From contig CP086569.2 in NCBI GenBank assembly GCA_009914755.4, positions 4,992,001 to 5,056,000 on the forward strand: a stretch of 64,000 bases of DNA, in the 5' to 3' direction. A model generated the notes under the pieces. That model was given only the letters and a program-made list of their open reading frames with translations. It searched no databases and was not told the DNA's origin. This document shows positions 14,741 through 29,523 of the stretch, one piece after another. The number at the start of each line of letters is the position of its first letter. The first letter of the stretch is position 1. This stretch comes from the human T2T-CHM13v2.0 reference genome, Homo sapiens. The translations under genes and the position numbers were made by a program.

Positions 14741-15436
14741 CTAATCGGTGTCAGGGTCAATCCAAGTGAAAGCGAAAACAGGTTGGGATGAAGGGTGCAA
14801 AGGAACAGTAAAGAAAGCATGTTTGAGATCTAGAACAGAATAATGGGTAGTAGAGGGAGGTATTGAGGATAGGAGAGTATATGGGTTTGGCACCACGGGG
14901 TGGATAGGCAAAACAATTTGGTTGATAAGGTGCAGATTCTGAACTAACTTGTAAGGCTTGTCTGGTTTTAGGACAGGTAAAATGGGGGAATGGTAAGGAG
15001 AGTTTATAGGCTTTAAAAGCCCATGCTGTAGCAGGCTAGTGTTAACAGGCTTTAATCCTTTCAAAGCGTGCTGTGGGATGGGATATTGCCGTTGAGCGGG
15101 GTAAGGGTGACTAGGTTTTAATGAGATGGTAATGGGCATGTGATCGGTTGCCAGGGAAGGAGTAGAGATGTCCCATACTTGTGGGTTAAGGTGGGGGGAT
15201 ATGAGAGGAAGACTCGAAGGAGGCTTTGGGTTGGGGAGAAGGGTGGCAATGAGATGTGGCTGTAGTCCAGGAATAGTCAGGGAAGCACATAATTTGGTTA
15301 AAATATCTCGGCCTAATAAGGGAACTGGGCAGGTGGAGATAACTAAAAAAGAGTGCATAAAAGAGTGCTGTCTAAGTTGGCACCAGAGTGGGGGGAGTTT
15401 TAAGAGGTTTAGAAGCCTGGCTGTCAATACCCACAA
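14741..15436 (-). pseudogene. HERV-H pol remnant ORF (C-terminal end of protease plus N-terminal RT motifs), 231 codons
   Basis: Translation contains LGRDILTKL (end of retroviral protease) and YSVLDLKHAFFTVPLHPSSQPVFAFTWIDPDT (gammaretrovirus-like RT N-terminal LDLKDAFF...FAF.W.DP motif). It is truncated and internal to the provirus. Confidence 0.75.
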
Positions 15437-16873
15437 CAGTTATGGAGGCAAGGGAAACAGACCCTTGAAAAGAAGGTAATGTGGAGTGGGTAGCCTCCAT
15501 ATTGATTAAGAAGGGGACGGGCTTACCCTCCACTGTGAGTTACCTAAAGCTCGGCGTCTGTGATGGTCTACGGGGCTTCTGAGGCGATGGGGCAGCATCA
15601 GTCTTCAGCCGGTAAGCCGAGAAGGAGTCAGTCAGAGAGCCTTGGGCCAGAGTTCCAGGAGCTCTGGGAGTGGCTGCCAGGTGAGTTGAACAGTCCGATT
15701 TTCAGTGGGGTCCCACACAGATGGGACGTGGCTTAGGAGGAATCCTGGGCTGCGGGTGTTCCTTGGCCCAGTGGCCAGATTTCTGGCATGTGTAACAAGT
15801 TCCTGGGGGAGGAGGTTCTGGAGGAACGCCTGGCTGCTACAGTTCAGGTGTTTGGAAGTTCTTGTGTGCTGGAGATGTGGCTGGGGTTTGTCTCACAGTG
15901 GTGGCAATGAATTGCAACTTTTTTCTGTTATTGCACACCTTGAAGGTGAGGTTAATTAAGTCCTGTTGTGGGGTTTGAGGGCCAGATTCCAGTTTTTGGA
16001 GTTTTATTTAATGTCGGGAGCAGATTGGGTAATAAAATGTATATTGAGAATAAGATGGCCTTTTGACCTTTTAGGGTCTAGGGCTGTAAAGTGTCTCAGG
16101 GTTGCTGCCGAACGAGCCATGAACTGGGCTGGATTTTTATATTTGATGAAAAAGAGCTTAAACGCTATCTGATTTGGGATAAAGAAAAAGGAGCATTAAC
16201 CTAGTGCCTTTAGCTCCAGCCACCTTTTTAAGAATAAATTGCTGGCAGGTGGGGGAGGGCTAGTCACGGAATGAAACTGTAAGCCGGAGCAGGTGTGAGG
16301 AGGGGAGGCGATAAAAAGATTATAGGGTGGAGGAGTGGAGGCTGCGGAAGAATTGGGACCTAGCTCGGCCTGTCAAGGAGGGGAGAGGTCAGATGGGTCT
16401 GTAGAAAAGGAAGATTAGAAAGACTCAGCGACGCTTGGGGTTGGGACTGAGGGGACAGGCGGGAGGGAAAGAAGGAAGATTTGGGAGGAGTTGCACTGGG
16501 CACAGAGACTAGGAGGGGACTGATGTGTAAAAGAATGCCTGGACGTCAGGCACCTCAGACCATTTGCCCATTTTACAACAAGAATTATTTGGATCTTGCA
16601 GGATGGAAAAATTGAAAGTGCCGTTTTCTGGCTATTTGGAACTACTGTTGAGTTTGTATTGGGGTCAAGCGGCATTTCAGAAGAAAATAAGACGCTTAGA
16701 TTTTAGGTCAGGTGAGAATTGAAGAGGTTTTAAGTTCTTAAGAATAGAGGCTAAGGGAGAAGAAAGAGGAATGGAAGCTGGAAGCATAGTGAAGGAGGCA
16801 AGCCCAGAGAAAAGAGTGGAGACACGGAGAAGGAGTGGGGTTTTCTTTCCCTCCAGAAAAGCAGAGAAAGGGT

Positions 16874-16980
16874 TGGGGCACAGAAATAAGGGATTGGGGT
16901 GCAGAGATAAGAGATTGGGGCGTGGAAATAAGGGATTGAGGCACAGAGATAAGAGGTTGGGGCGTGGAAATAAGCGATTG
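16874..16980 (-). repeat. Five units of a 21-bp tandem repeat (ggggcrcagaaataagggatt) in the HERV-H leader/gag region
   Basis: Units ggggcacagaaataagggatt, ggggtgcagagataagagatt, ggggcgtggaaataagggatt, gaggcacagagataagaggtt and ggggcgtggaaataagcgatt. Several overlapping artefactual ORFs (16677..17169) fall here. Confidence 0.8.
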
Positions 16981-17506
16981 GGGGGTTCTTGCCCCCTAGG
17001 AAAGCGGGACTTGCCACTAAGGGTGAAGGAGAAGGGGTTGAGGGGTACTTGCCCCTGCCCCAGGAAAGAGGGACTTGCCGCCAAGGGTGAAGGACCAAGT
17101 CAGGCATCCCTGCGTGGTCTGACACCCTTGAAACGTGAGTGTATAATCAGAGAGGTGTCCCTGCAATGATTAAACACCAAGAGAAGGCTGCCTTCCCAGT
17201 CCGTGACCGGCGCCGGAGTTTTGGGTTCATGGATAAAACATGTCTCTTTTGTCTCTACCAGAAAATGAAAGGAATTGAAATTAAGAGAAGGGAGAGATTG
17301 AAGTGTGGTTCCAAGATTGAAAGGAGAAAGAGGTTAAGGGATAGTGAGGGAGGTTGGAGAAGAGAGTAAAAAGAGGCCGCTTACCGGATTTGAAATTGGT
17401 GAGATGTTTCTTGTGCTGGTCGGTCTGAGGACCTGAGGTCATAGGTGGATCTCACGGAGCAAAAAGCGGGAGGACAGGGGATTGATCTCCCAAGGGAGGT
17501 CCCCCG

Positions 17507-17524
17507 ATCCGAGTCACGGCACCA
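17507..17524 (-). other. Primer-binding site complementary to the 3' end of tRNA-His (sense TGGTGCCGTGACTCGGAT)
   Basis: Reverse complement of atccgagtcacggcacca. Lies immediately downstream (minus-strand sense) of the 5' LTR. HERV-H uses a His PBS. Confidence 0.85.
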
Positions 17525-17526
17525 AA

Positions 17527-17978
17527 TTTCATGCGCGTCCGTGTGAAGAGACCACCAAACAGGCTTTGTGTGAGCAACATGGCTGTTTATTTCACCTGGG
17601 TGCAGGCGGGCTGAGTCCGAAAAGAGAGTCAGCGAAGGGAGATAGGGGTGGGGCCGTTTTATAAGATTTGGGTAGGTAAAGGAAAATTACAGTCAAAGGG
17701 GGTTTGTTCTCTGGCGGGTAGGAGTGGGGGTCGCAAGGTGCTCAGTGGGGGAGCTTCTGATCCAGGATGAGCCAGGAAAAGGACTTTCACAAGGTAACGT
17801 CATCAGTTAAGGCAAGGACCGGCCATTTACACTTCTTTTGTGGTGGAATGTCATCAGTTAAGGTGGGGCAGGGCATTTTCACTTCTTTTGTGATTCTTTA
17901 GTTACTTCAGGCCATCCGGGCATATACGTGCAGGTCACAGGGGATGCGATGGCTTGGCTTGGGCTCAGAGGCCTGACA
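17527..17978 (-). promoter_or_regulatory. HERV-H 5' LTR (LTR7); the U3 promoter with a TATA box (reverse complement of 17657-17663), and an AATAAA (reverse complement of 17586-17591)
   Basis: Reverse complement reads TGTCAGGCCTCTGAGCCCAAGCCAAGCCATCGCATCCCCTGTGACCTGCACGTATA ... CCCAAATCTTATAAAACGGCCCCACCCC ... GGTGAAATAAACAGCCATGTTGCTCACACAAAGCC ... TCTTCACACGGACGCGCATGAAA. It begins TG. Confidence 0.85.
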
Positions 17979-18839
17979 CTTCCCTCTACAGTTAATCATT
18001 CTTATTAGTTTCTCAAATATGTTTCCAGAGTTTCCATATGTAGATATAAACAAATATTTGTAGGTTATCTCATAGCTGTTATAAACAGTCCCTTATACAT
18101 GGATATTGGGACTTATTTTCAGCTTTAAAATGATAAAATGGTAAATAGTGCTGTAATGAAAAATCTTTCACACATATCATTTATCCATATTTCTAGAAAT
18201 GGGATTGTTGAATCAGATTAACGTTAGAATCAATTTATCTAGCTCTAAAAATGTTGCTGTTCTTGTTGGAATCACACTAATTTTGATGTTAACTTAGAGA
18301 GAATCATCAGCTTTATGATGCTGAATCCTTCTACCCAAGATTACATCATGTCTTTTCTTTTATTCCATCCTAGATTTTTGTCCTAAATTATGTTAAATAT
18401 TTTTCTTATGACTATTGAACAATTCTGGCTATGTTTACTCAGACGTTTTGTTCTTTTTCATGTTGTTTGTGTATGTTCTTGCCATCTTAGCAAAGTAATT
18501 ATTGCAAATTTTTAAAATATGCGAATATGGAGCAAAATTGGAAGTAACACAGTATATATTTTTATCAATTTTGTGCAACTCCAGACACTTTGTGTTAATC
18601 ATTAATAAATATTTATTTTACTAAGTTTTTGATATCTACTATTTGATTTGGCATTCCTCAAATACCTGTGGATTAAAATATTATAAAAACTTCCTACTGG
18701 GAAAAATTTTTAAAAGCCATATTATCATTTATTGGTTTATCTTTTTTAAATAATTCAAATACTGAATTAACTCTATAGTTAACAAGATATCACTTACATT
18801 TTCTAAGATACTCTCTTGGATTTAGCTGTGTGGCACTAT

Positions 18840-19900
18840 TAACCAAAAATAAATTCTAAGGCCATCCAATCATCTAAATGGACCCCTCCTCTTGGCCAAG
18901 GGCATTCCACAGTTAACCTGAAAAACCAGTTCAGGACATGACAGAAGAGGGGAAGGCACATGCCTCACTATACATCCCACCAGCATTAGCATCAACACAG
19001 ATCTTAAATCTGATAAGAAACATTTACAATCTATTCTCTCAGAAGCCTATTACTTGGAGGCCTCCTCTGCATGATAAAATCGAGGTCTCCACCACCCCTT
19101 AACTTAATCCAAACATTGCTTTCTATTGATAACTCTCTTTCAGCCAATTGCCAATCAGAACATTTTTAAATCCATCTATGATCTGGAAGCCACCCTTCAA
19201 TCCCCCTCCTCAATCCCTTCATCACTTTGAGTTAGTCTGCCCTTCCAGATGGAACGAATGTAAATCTTACATGTGTTGATTGACGTGTGATATCTCCTCA
19301 AATTATGTAAAAACAAGCTGTACCCTGACCACCCTGGGCATATTTTCAGGGCCTCTTGAGGCTGTGTCATGGGCATGTCCTTAACCTTGGCAAAATAAAC
19401 GTTCTAAACTGATTGAGACCTGTCTCAGATACTTTTGAGTTCACAAATTTGAGAGCTGTCTTAGGTACTTTTGGGTTCAAAACACCCTTTGATGTTAATG
19501 GAATCCATTGTCTAAATCACCAAGAGGCTGGGCGCGGTGGCTCACGCCTGTAATCCCAGTACTTTGGGAGGCCGAGGCGGGCGGATCACCTGAGGTCGGG
19601 AGTTCTAGACCAGCCTGACCAACATGGAGAAACCCTGTCTCTACTAAAAACACAAAATTAGCAGGGCGTGGTTGGCACATGCCTGTAATCCCTGCTACTC
19701 GGGAGGCTGAGGCAGGAGAATCGCTTGAACTCAAAGCCCCCACTTTGAGTTGTCCCACCTTTCTGAACCAAAACAATGTATTTCTTAAATGTATTTGATT
19801 GATGTGTCATACTTCCCTAAAATATATAAAACCAAGCTGTACCCCAACCACCTTGGGCACACGTTCTCAGGACTTCCTGAGGGCTGTGTCATGGGCCATG
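18840..19900. repeat. LTR-like element (CCAAT ccaatcag, TATA-like tatgtaaaaac, aataaa) with a tandem partial duplication of about 250 bp, interrupted by the truncated Alu at 19526-19731
   Basis: 19240-19400 (aatgtaaatcttacatgtgttgattgacgtgtgatatctcctcaaattatgtaaaaacaagctgtaccctgaccaccctgggcatattttcagggcctcttgaggctgtgtcatgggcatg) is about 80% identical to 19765-19920 (aatgtatttcttaaatgtatttgattgatgtgtcatacttccctaaaatatataaaaccaagctgtaccccaaccaccttgggcacacgttctcaggacttcctgagggctgtgtcatgggccatg). Confidence 0.45.
19526..19731 (+). mobile_element. Alu, 3'-truncated (left monomer plus part of the right monomer), nested in an LTR-like repeat
   Basis: ggctgggcgcggtggctcacgcctgtaatcccagtactttgggaggccgaggcgggcggatcacctgaggtcgggagttctagaccagcctgaccaacatggagaaaccc ... 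gaatcgcttgaac, then it stops. Confidence 0.85.
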
Positions 19901-21171
19901 GTCACTCATATTTGACTCAGAATAAATCTCTTAAAATACTTTACAGAATTTGACTCTTTTCAACAACAATATGCCAATATGTATAGGAAATCACTAGTCA
20001 AATTAATTTATCAGTGCTATTTGATAGTTTGTGAAATATCTTTGTATATAAACAATATGAACTGATAAAGAAAAAATATAGTTCTGATATAAAGAAGCAG
20101 AGTTCTTTGACAAGCTGAGTGAAGAGAATTTAATCATGAAGGATCCTTGGATATTATTTAGTTTTTAGACATCATGTAGTCCAAGATCTGTTCTGAAAAC
20201 ATACCTGGTTCAAAATGCAGATTTCCTCAAAATGTCTACATCAGTATCAAATGAAATATATAACAATGTTCATTGGTTTCTTCTTCTTTATGTCATTAAG
20301 TTGCTTCAATAGCAATAGACTGGCAAGTGCATTCTGCCACCTTGGACTTGTGATTCACTCAGGAGAATTTAACACTGTGATTAAAAAAAGTAAAAGGGAT
20401 TTAGTATTTCTAAGGCTGACTGCCTTGGCAAGACACTGTAGTTCAAATCAGCATGCATCCATTTTGAATATTAAGTAGGAAAGTGAAATAAATTTTTGGT
20501 AGAGGCTTAGAAAAATATAAAACACTGTCATTCTGAGGTTAGTTTTCAGCTCCATTGATTTTTGTCTTTTATACCTCAATATGATTAAAAAAAAAGCTTT
20601 CCCTAAATCTGTCTATATAATGTTTCACCATTATGGTACACATATAATATAATGCAGACTACTCTGTTTTCCACTCTGACCTTTACTACATAGCTGGTTT
20701 TTGATAGAAGAATGTGGGAGGAAATACTTTTTAAATAGAATTCCAATAATGCATCTGTAAACATAACCTCTCATCCTTTGAAATACGAAGTGTTAACCTT
20801 GCTGTAGGATATATTATTCCTTTTCGTTTTGATAAGCCGTAAGAGGTAGGGACATAGAATTAAAATGCATAGATAACTATGGTCAGGATTACCTAATATT
20901 AACCTAAATTATGTCCTGTTAAGCATTGAATAATGTTAAGTAAAATGTTCTATTATCATTATAAGTTTTGTAATACTGTAACCGCCCAACGGGTTCACCT
21001 TGCCCGCTGCCTAGACAGAGACGATTTAGTAAGACAGGGGGACTGCAATGGAGAAAGAGTAATTCACTCAGAGCCGGCTGTGTGGGAGACTGGAGTTTTA
21101 TTATTACTCAAATCAGCCTCCCTGAGCATTTGGAGGAATGCTTGGGGATTGGAGTTTTTAAAGATAACTTG

Positions 21172-21452
21172 GGCCAGGCACGGTGGCTCATGCCTGTAAT
21201 CCCAGCACTTTGGGAGGCCGAGGCGGGTGGATCACCTGAGACCAGCCTGGCTAACGTGGTGAAACCCTGTCACTACTAAAAATGCAAAAATTAGCTGGGC
21301 GTGGTGGCAGGCGCCTCTAGTCCCAGCTACTCGGGAGGCTGAGGTAGGAGAATTACTTGTTGAGTCCAGGAGACGGAGGTTGCTGTGAGCCTAGATCATG
21401 CCACTGCACTCCAGCCTGGGCAACAGAGGCAGATTCCATCTCAAAAAAAAAA
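21172..21452 (+). mobile_element. Alu with 15-bp target-site duplication ttaaagataacttgg
   Basis: ggccaggcacggtggctcatgcctgtaatcccagcactttgggaggccgaggcgggtggatcacctgag...tctcaaaaaaaaaa. Target-site duplication at 21157-21171 and 21455-21469. Confidence 0.9.
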
Positions 21453-22439
21453 CATTAAAGATAACTTGGCAGTAGGGGCTTGGGAAGTGGGAAGTACTGA
21501 TTGTTCGGACTGAAGATGGAATCATAGGGGGGTCGAAGTGAGGTTTTCTTGTTGTCTTCTGTTCCTGGGTGGGATCACAGAACTGGTTGAGCCAGGTCTG
21601 GGTGGTATCAGCTAATCCATCAAGTGCAGGGTTTGCAAAATCTCTCAAGCACTGATCTTAGGTTTTAAAATAGTGATGTTATCTCCAGGATCAATTTGGT
21701 GAGGTTCAGACTCTTGCAGCCAGAAGCTGCATGACCCCTAAACGTAATTCCTACTCTTGTAGCTAGTTTGTTAGTCCTACAAAGGCAGACTGGGCCCAAA
21801 GCAAGAAGGGAGTCTTTTTGGGAAAGGGCTATAGTTTCGTTTCAGAGTCAAACCATAAACTAAATTCCTTCCCAAGGTTAGTTTGGCCTATGCCTAGGAA
21901 TGAACAAGGACAGCTTAAAGGTTAGAAGCAAGATGGAGTTGATTAGGTCTAATCTCTTTCACTATCATAATATCCTCAGTTATAATTTTTGCAAAGACAG
22001 TTTCAAGACTAGGAAGTTATTTTTTGAAGATATAGTTATTGAATAAAACAGTGTGTAATTTAGCTATTGACCGATGGAGCTGCAATTTTTCTCAGCAGTT
22101 AATCTTTTCTTTAAGTTACTTCATAATTGAAATAGCTACTTTTATAGATTGATTAGTCCCTAAATATAAATCAATCGTATATTTAAAAGGGTTTTTATTT
22201 TAAACTTATCCTTGAAAGATTGTGAATAAAACAAATTAGAAGGTCTATGAAAGTTCCAGCCTATTGAAAAAGAGATTTGTATTGTATAGACTAAGTAATT
22301 CAATTGGAATACATAAATCTTAGGCTCTTACAAAGAAAGAGAAAAATAAAATCTTAGACTAAGATTTCACAGTACCAATGCCAATATAGACAAGATACCT
22401 AAACAAATCAAAGAAAAAGTTTTGAATTTCAGTAGACAC

Positions 22440-22960
22440 TGTCAACCGAGGAAAATGACAAGCCTCAATCATTTTAGGAGATTTATTTGCCAAAATTAAG
22501 GATGCACCCGGGAGACAGGTCTACGCCTTTCTCCAAAGATGATTTTGAGGGCTCCAAATTTAAAGGGGAAAGGGTGGGATATTGAGAAGCACACAGTTTT
22601 TACATAAACAAGGGGGGGCAGAGGAAAAATGTGAAGAATCTGCATTTTACCTAACACAGACAAAATGGGTAAGGGGAACAATCAGCTATGCATTTTTGTC
22701 TGGCAGGCTGGGTGACTGCACCTGTAAAGATAAGCTATCAATTTGCATGGCCATGGAGAAGTTTTTAACAGCTCACCAGGAATTTCCTTGTGGGCAAAAT
22801 ATGGGGGAGGCGTGTAGCCTTTCATCTGGTAGCCATCTCATCGAGGAACCAAAAGGGGGAGGCAGGTTTGTGTGACTCAGTTCCCAGCTTGACTTTTCCC
22901 TTTGGGTAAATGAGTTTGGGGTCCAAAAATTTAATTTCTTTTCACAGCACACCATATTCT
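22440..22960. repeat. Same unassigned repeat family (copy 3, divergent)
   Basis: ...ggagatttatttgccaaaattaaggatgcacccgggagacaggtc ... ggaatttccttgtgggcaaaatatggggg ... ggcaggtttgtgtgactcagttcccagcttgacttttccctttggg...ttcttttcacag. Confidence 0.55.
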
Positions 22961-23738
22961 TGATAGTTCCAAATATCCCTTTCTGGCTCTCCTTTGTTTT
23001 CTTAGAGGAACCAGGACATGCTGATAACCTTTCTTAAGTTATGTTAATATGTAAATGCAGTCAACATCTGGGGTATTCTAGGCCTTTGGTAGCTCCACGA
23101 ACAGCAAATACTTTCACCTGGACAGACCTTCTAAATACTTGGCAAAGGAAAGATTATTATGAGCCTTATTTAGTTTAGTCTGCAGCAGTGATATTTTATT
23201 ACCAGCATTCTCTGTAGGTTTGGAGAATATGAAAGTAAGCTCTGTATTAGCCTTAAACTTTCTGAGCTGGATTTGAATCACCTAACGCTAAAAAAAAAAA
23301 AAAAAAAAAAAAATCAGAGTCAACTACTTTCTAAGCATATGTTTTCGCAATACAGATGAGGTTTTATCAGTAGTTTTTTACAAGTCTGTCTAGAAATTTC
23401 ATATTCTACTCAATGCTTCTAGTTATTAATGAGAAATGAATTTTTTCATGAAAATGTAGTTGCCCTTCTATTAGAAACTGTTCATATGAGCTGTATCTAC
23501 TCATCTTAAATAAAAATGTAATGCTACTCGATTAAAATAAATTTCCTCAAATTAATATTTCATTTTTTAAAATTTTAAGGTAGAATGTAAAAAGGAAAAT
23601 GTATAGGAAATTGAAAAAAAACAGCATTTATTTATCCAGTTTCCTTTAGTCACAGCATCACTAAGTTGAAAGAGCTGTAGAAGATATAGTCCAATGTCAT
23701 CATTTTACAAAAGTGAAAATTGAAATTCTGAAATATAA

Positions 23739-24099
<361 letters not shown>

Positions 24100-25149
24100 T
24101 CTAATGCTCATTTTTCTAAACTGCACTGATGATCACACAACCAGGCATACCAAAAAAAAAAAAAAAAAAAAAAGAAGGTATCAGCTATAAGCTATAACCT
24201 TTGCTCTTATGGAGCTTATAATTTCATAAGAAAGAGTATACAAGATGAACAGCTTTGTATGATCAGGACAGGCAAGATACGACATGCGCTATTTGTGCAG
24301 AAGACAGCTACATCATAGCAGGCAGGCTCATAGATTTGAGAGAGGCTTGGCAAACAGATAGTATCTGGGATAGGGTGAGGTTCTGGTAAAAAAAAAAAAA
24401 ATGTATAGTCATCATAGTGTCCTACTGTTTTAAATTTTTGAAACAAATTCTTTCCCAAAGAATTCCTGAAATGTTTGGTATTTTGATATTTTTCTCTTAA
24501 TGGAAAATGCAAATGAGTTAAACTATTAATGATTTTCATCCTATAATTGCTACCTACTGTCATTTGTGTGGACAATTTCAATAGGCATGTTCACTTTTTA
24601 GATAGAGATTTATTATAATGTTTTCTTGTGACAATTTGATATCATTGTGTTGTTTACTTATATTCATTTTAAAATTATTCACTTATCTTTTATTCCACCA
24701 AGATAATCCATTTATAGATTTAATTCATCATGAGGCTCCTAATAATGAGTTTATGATTAAGAAAATTTTGCTATTAGTTTGTTCAGCCATTTTTCAATTT
24801 TTTTTTAAATCATGGCACCTGAGTCCTAATTATAATTAATTGCTAAAGTTGATCATTTGAAGCTTCTTTGAAGAATTACTCAAGTTGTTTCAGTGTAAAT
24901 TAACTCTAAAAAAGGCAGTGATTTATATTTTCTATTTTGGGTGCAAGAGATTAACACCAGTGCTAGATTATATTTAAAACACTTAGTTTATTGATTAACT
25001 TCCCTGAAGAACATATGACCTTATTTTTTCTTAAAACTATTTGCAGATCTGAAATATTTGAGGAAGGTCAGTGAGTGTATAGGGGTTAGATTCAGGGGAA
25101 GGAACAGTACTTCTACTTTAACCATAATACCTACCTTTTTATCTATTTT

Positions 25150-26531
<1,382 letters not shown>

Positions 26532-26798
26532 CCTTTTTATCTATTTTCTATATTGTGGCTTTGATTCTGTTGAATTTCCATTAAAAAGGTGGAGAGGTGT
26601 ATTACAAATTGTAAACTTTTCTAACTTTTAAAAATCACTTTCCTAAAGGCAAAGATCAAAGTCTTTCAAGGTTCTTTATATCCCAATTATAGTTTCTGCT
26701 TCTTCTTCCTTTACACAAAGACTTTGTCTCATCCAAACTTATTTTCTGAACATTGTCTAAACATACCTTGTGGTTTCCTTGCTCCCTGACTTGCATAA

Positions 26799-27178
<380 letters not shown>

Positions 27179-27485
27179 CCCTTTCCATTTTTGAAGTTAA
27201 ACTCTCCCCATGAAGTCTTCTAATTCATAACAACTGGAACTGACCTCTCTATCCATTGATCTCCAATACCAATTATCATTTATTCTTACCACTACTTTAT
27301 ATTGCAGTTATCTATGTAGACTAGATCAACATGACTGTATTTGAGCACTCAATAAATATGTGTTAAATGAAACACATATTTATTGTGAGGTACTCATAGA
27401 CCACAAGTTTTGCAGAGTAATAAAGTTTAATTTTATTCTTCTAGTTTCCAGCAGAAAGAAAATAATGAAAAAATATGTATTTAAC

Positions 27486-28015
27486 TAGAAGGAGACTGTA
27501 CTAGTCAGGGTTTTCTAGAGGGACAGAACTAACAGTATATATGTATATATTAAAGGGAGTTTATTAAGGAGAACTGACTCACAGGATCACAAGATGAAGT
27601 CCCACGATAGACTGTCTGCAAGCCGAAGAGCTAGGAAGCCAGTAGTGGCTCATTCAGAGTCCCAAAACCTCGAAAGTAGGGAAGCCAACAGTTTAGCCTT
27701 CAGTCTGTGGCTGAAGGCCTGAGAGCTCCTAGCAAACCACTGGTGTAAATCCAAGAGTCCAAAAACTGAAGAACTTGGAGTTTGATGTTCCAGGACAGGG
27801 AGCATCCAGAGGAAGACTCAGCATGTCGGCTTATCCCACCTTCTTCTGACTGCCTTTTCTAGCTGCGCTGGCAGGTGATTGGATGATGCCCACCCAGACT
27901 GAGGGTGAGTTGGCCTTTCCCAGTTCACTGACTCGAATGTTAATCTCCTCTGGCAACACCCTCACAGACACACCCAGAAACAATACTTTGCATCCTGCAA
28001 TCCAAACAAATTGAC
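27486..28015. repeat. Interspersed repeat, family not assigned (a high-copy primate repeat starting gtcagggttttctagagggacagaactaa)
   Basis: actagtcagggttttctagagggacagaactaacagtatatatgtatatattaaagggagtttattaaggagaactgactcacaggatcacaagatgaagtcccacgatagactgtctgcaagc ... caatactttgcatcctgcaatccaaacaaattgacacttaatattaaccatcaca. I remember it as a common human repeat but could not place the family name. Confidence 0.55.
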
Positions 28016-28557
28016 ACTTAATATTAACCATCACAGATTTCTACTACTAAGTCTCTCTCATGTAACATAGCTTCAGTGGAATTATATTCTCAGATCCATA
28101 GTTTCTCTGAGCGATAGTTGCCCATAATTTAAAATGTAAAGTGTATACTCTGCAGCAGCATGTTTGTAAGGTGTGTAAATGTGAGTGTTTTAGTTAGCTC
28201 AACACTTAGCTTTTAATGCTTAGAATGACATACTTGAAATATATTTTTAATTTTTCTTGAGACTTTGACCAGAACTGGGATTAATCCATTCAGACATTAT
28301 TTTGGTATTCATAGATCATCTTGAAGGTATGTTTTATTAAATAGCCTATAATATTTATTTAATTCAAAACTGATTTCTAACTTTTAAAATTTACTCATGG
28401 TGGCATATTAAGTTATTGAGCTCAACAGAGAATCAAGGAACAAAGAGTAACAGCTCTTTCTACCATCTTCTTAGATTTTCAGATTGATCCAATACAACTT
28501 TTAATAGCATTGGAGGCCAAAACTAATATTAATACATTAGCATTAATGCCGGTGTAG

Positions 28558-28977
<420 letters not shown>

Positions 28978-29212
28978 TAAAAAAAATCAATGTTGGGTTA
29001 GCAGTGTTATATAGTATGTAGAATACCATCCTGAGGATTAGGAAACCTTGTTAGGAATTAGTTGTGTGTTTTTGGGAAGGCCTCTTTTGCAATATGAACC
29101 TGAACATGTTTTTCTATAAAATGAGGGTTCAGAACTTGGGGATTTCTAAGATTTCCTCCAGCTCAATCCTTTTATGTCTTTAAACTTGTAAAGGGTAGGG
29201 AAAAAGCCCTCA

Positions 29213-29523
<311 letters not shown>

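Larger units (their letters stand above)
12336..17978 (-). mobile_element. HERV-H endogenous retrovirus provirus: LTR7, internal region, LTR7; deleted RTVL-H-like form of about 5.6 kb
   Basis: Two direct repeats of about 451 bp (12336-12786 and 17527-17978) are the reverse complement of the LTR7 sequence as I remember it (TGTCAGGCCTCTGAGCCCAAGC...GGTGGTCTCTTCACA). The PBS is adjacent to the LTR at the higher coordinates and the PPT is adjacent to the LTR at the lower coordinates. A pol-like ORF lies between them on the same strand. 5-bp target-site duplications CTTCC are at 12331-12335 and 17979-17983. Confidence 0.9.

Noticed and set aside
14741-15436. 231-codon ORF with clear protein similarity (protease/RT motifs) as a cellular gene.
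   Set aside because: It is a retroviral pol remnant internal to the HERV-H provirus. It is truncated at both ends relative to a full pol.
15500-15900. Locally CpG/GC-richer segment that could suggest a CpG-island promoter.
   Set aside because: It lies inside the HERV-H internal region. It is short, with no flanking exon or ORF evidence. The composition is typical of the retroviral gag-pro region rather than a host promoter.
16677-17169. Three mutually overlapping ORFs (135, 124 and 132 aa) and a 21-bp tandem repeat that could be mistaken for a repeat-spacer array or a novel gene.
   Set aside because: They lie inside the HERV-H provirus leader/gag region. The repeat is a known-type retroviral internal tandem repeat with no spacers. 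The ORFs are frame artefacts of repetitive sequence.
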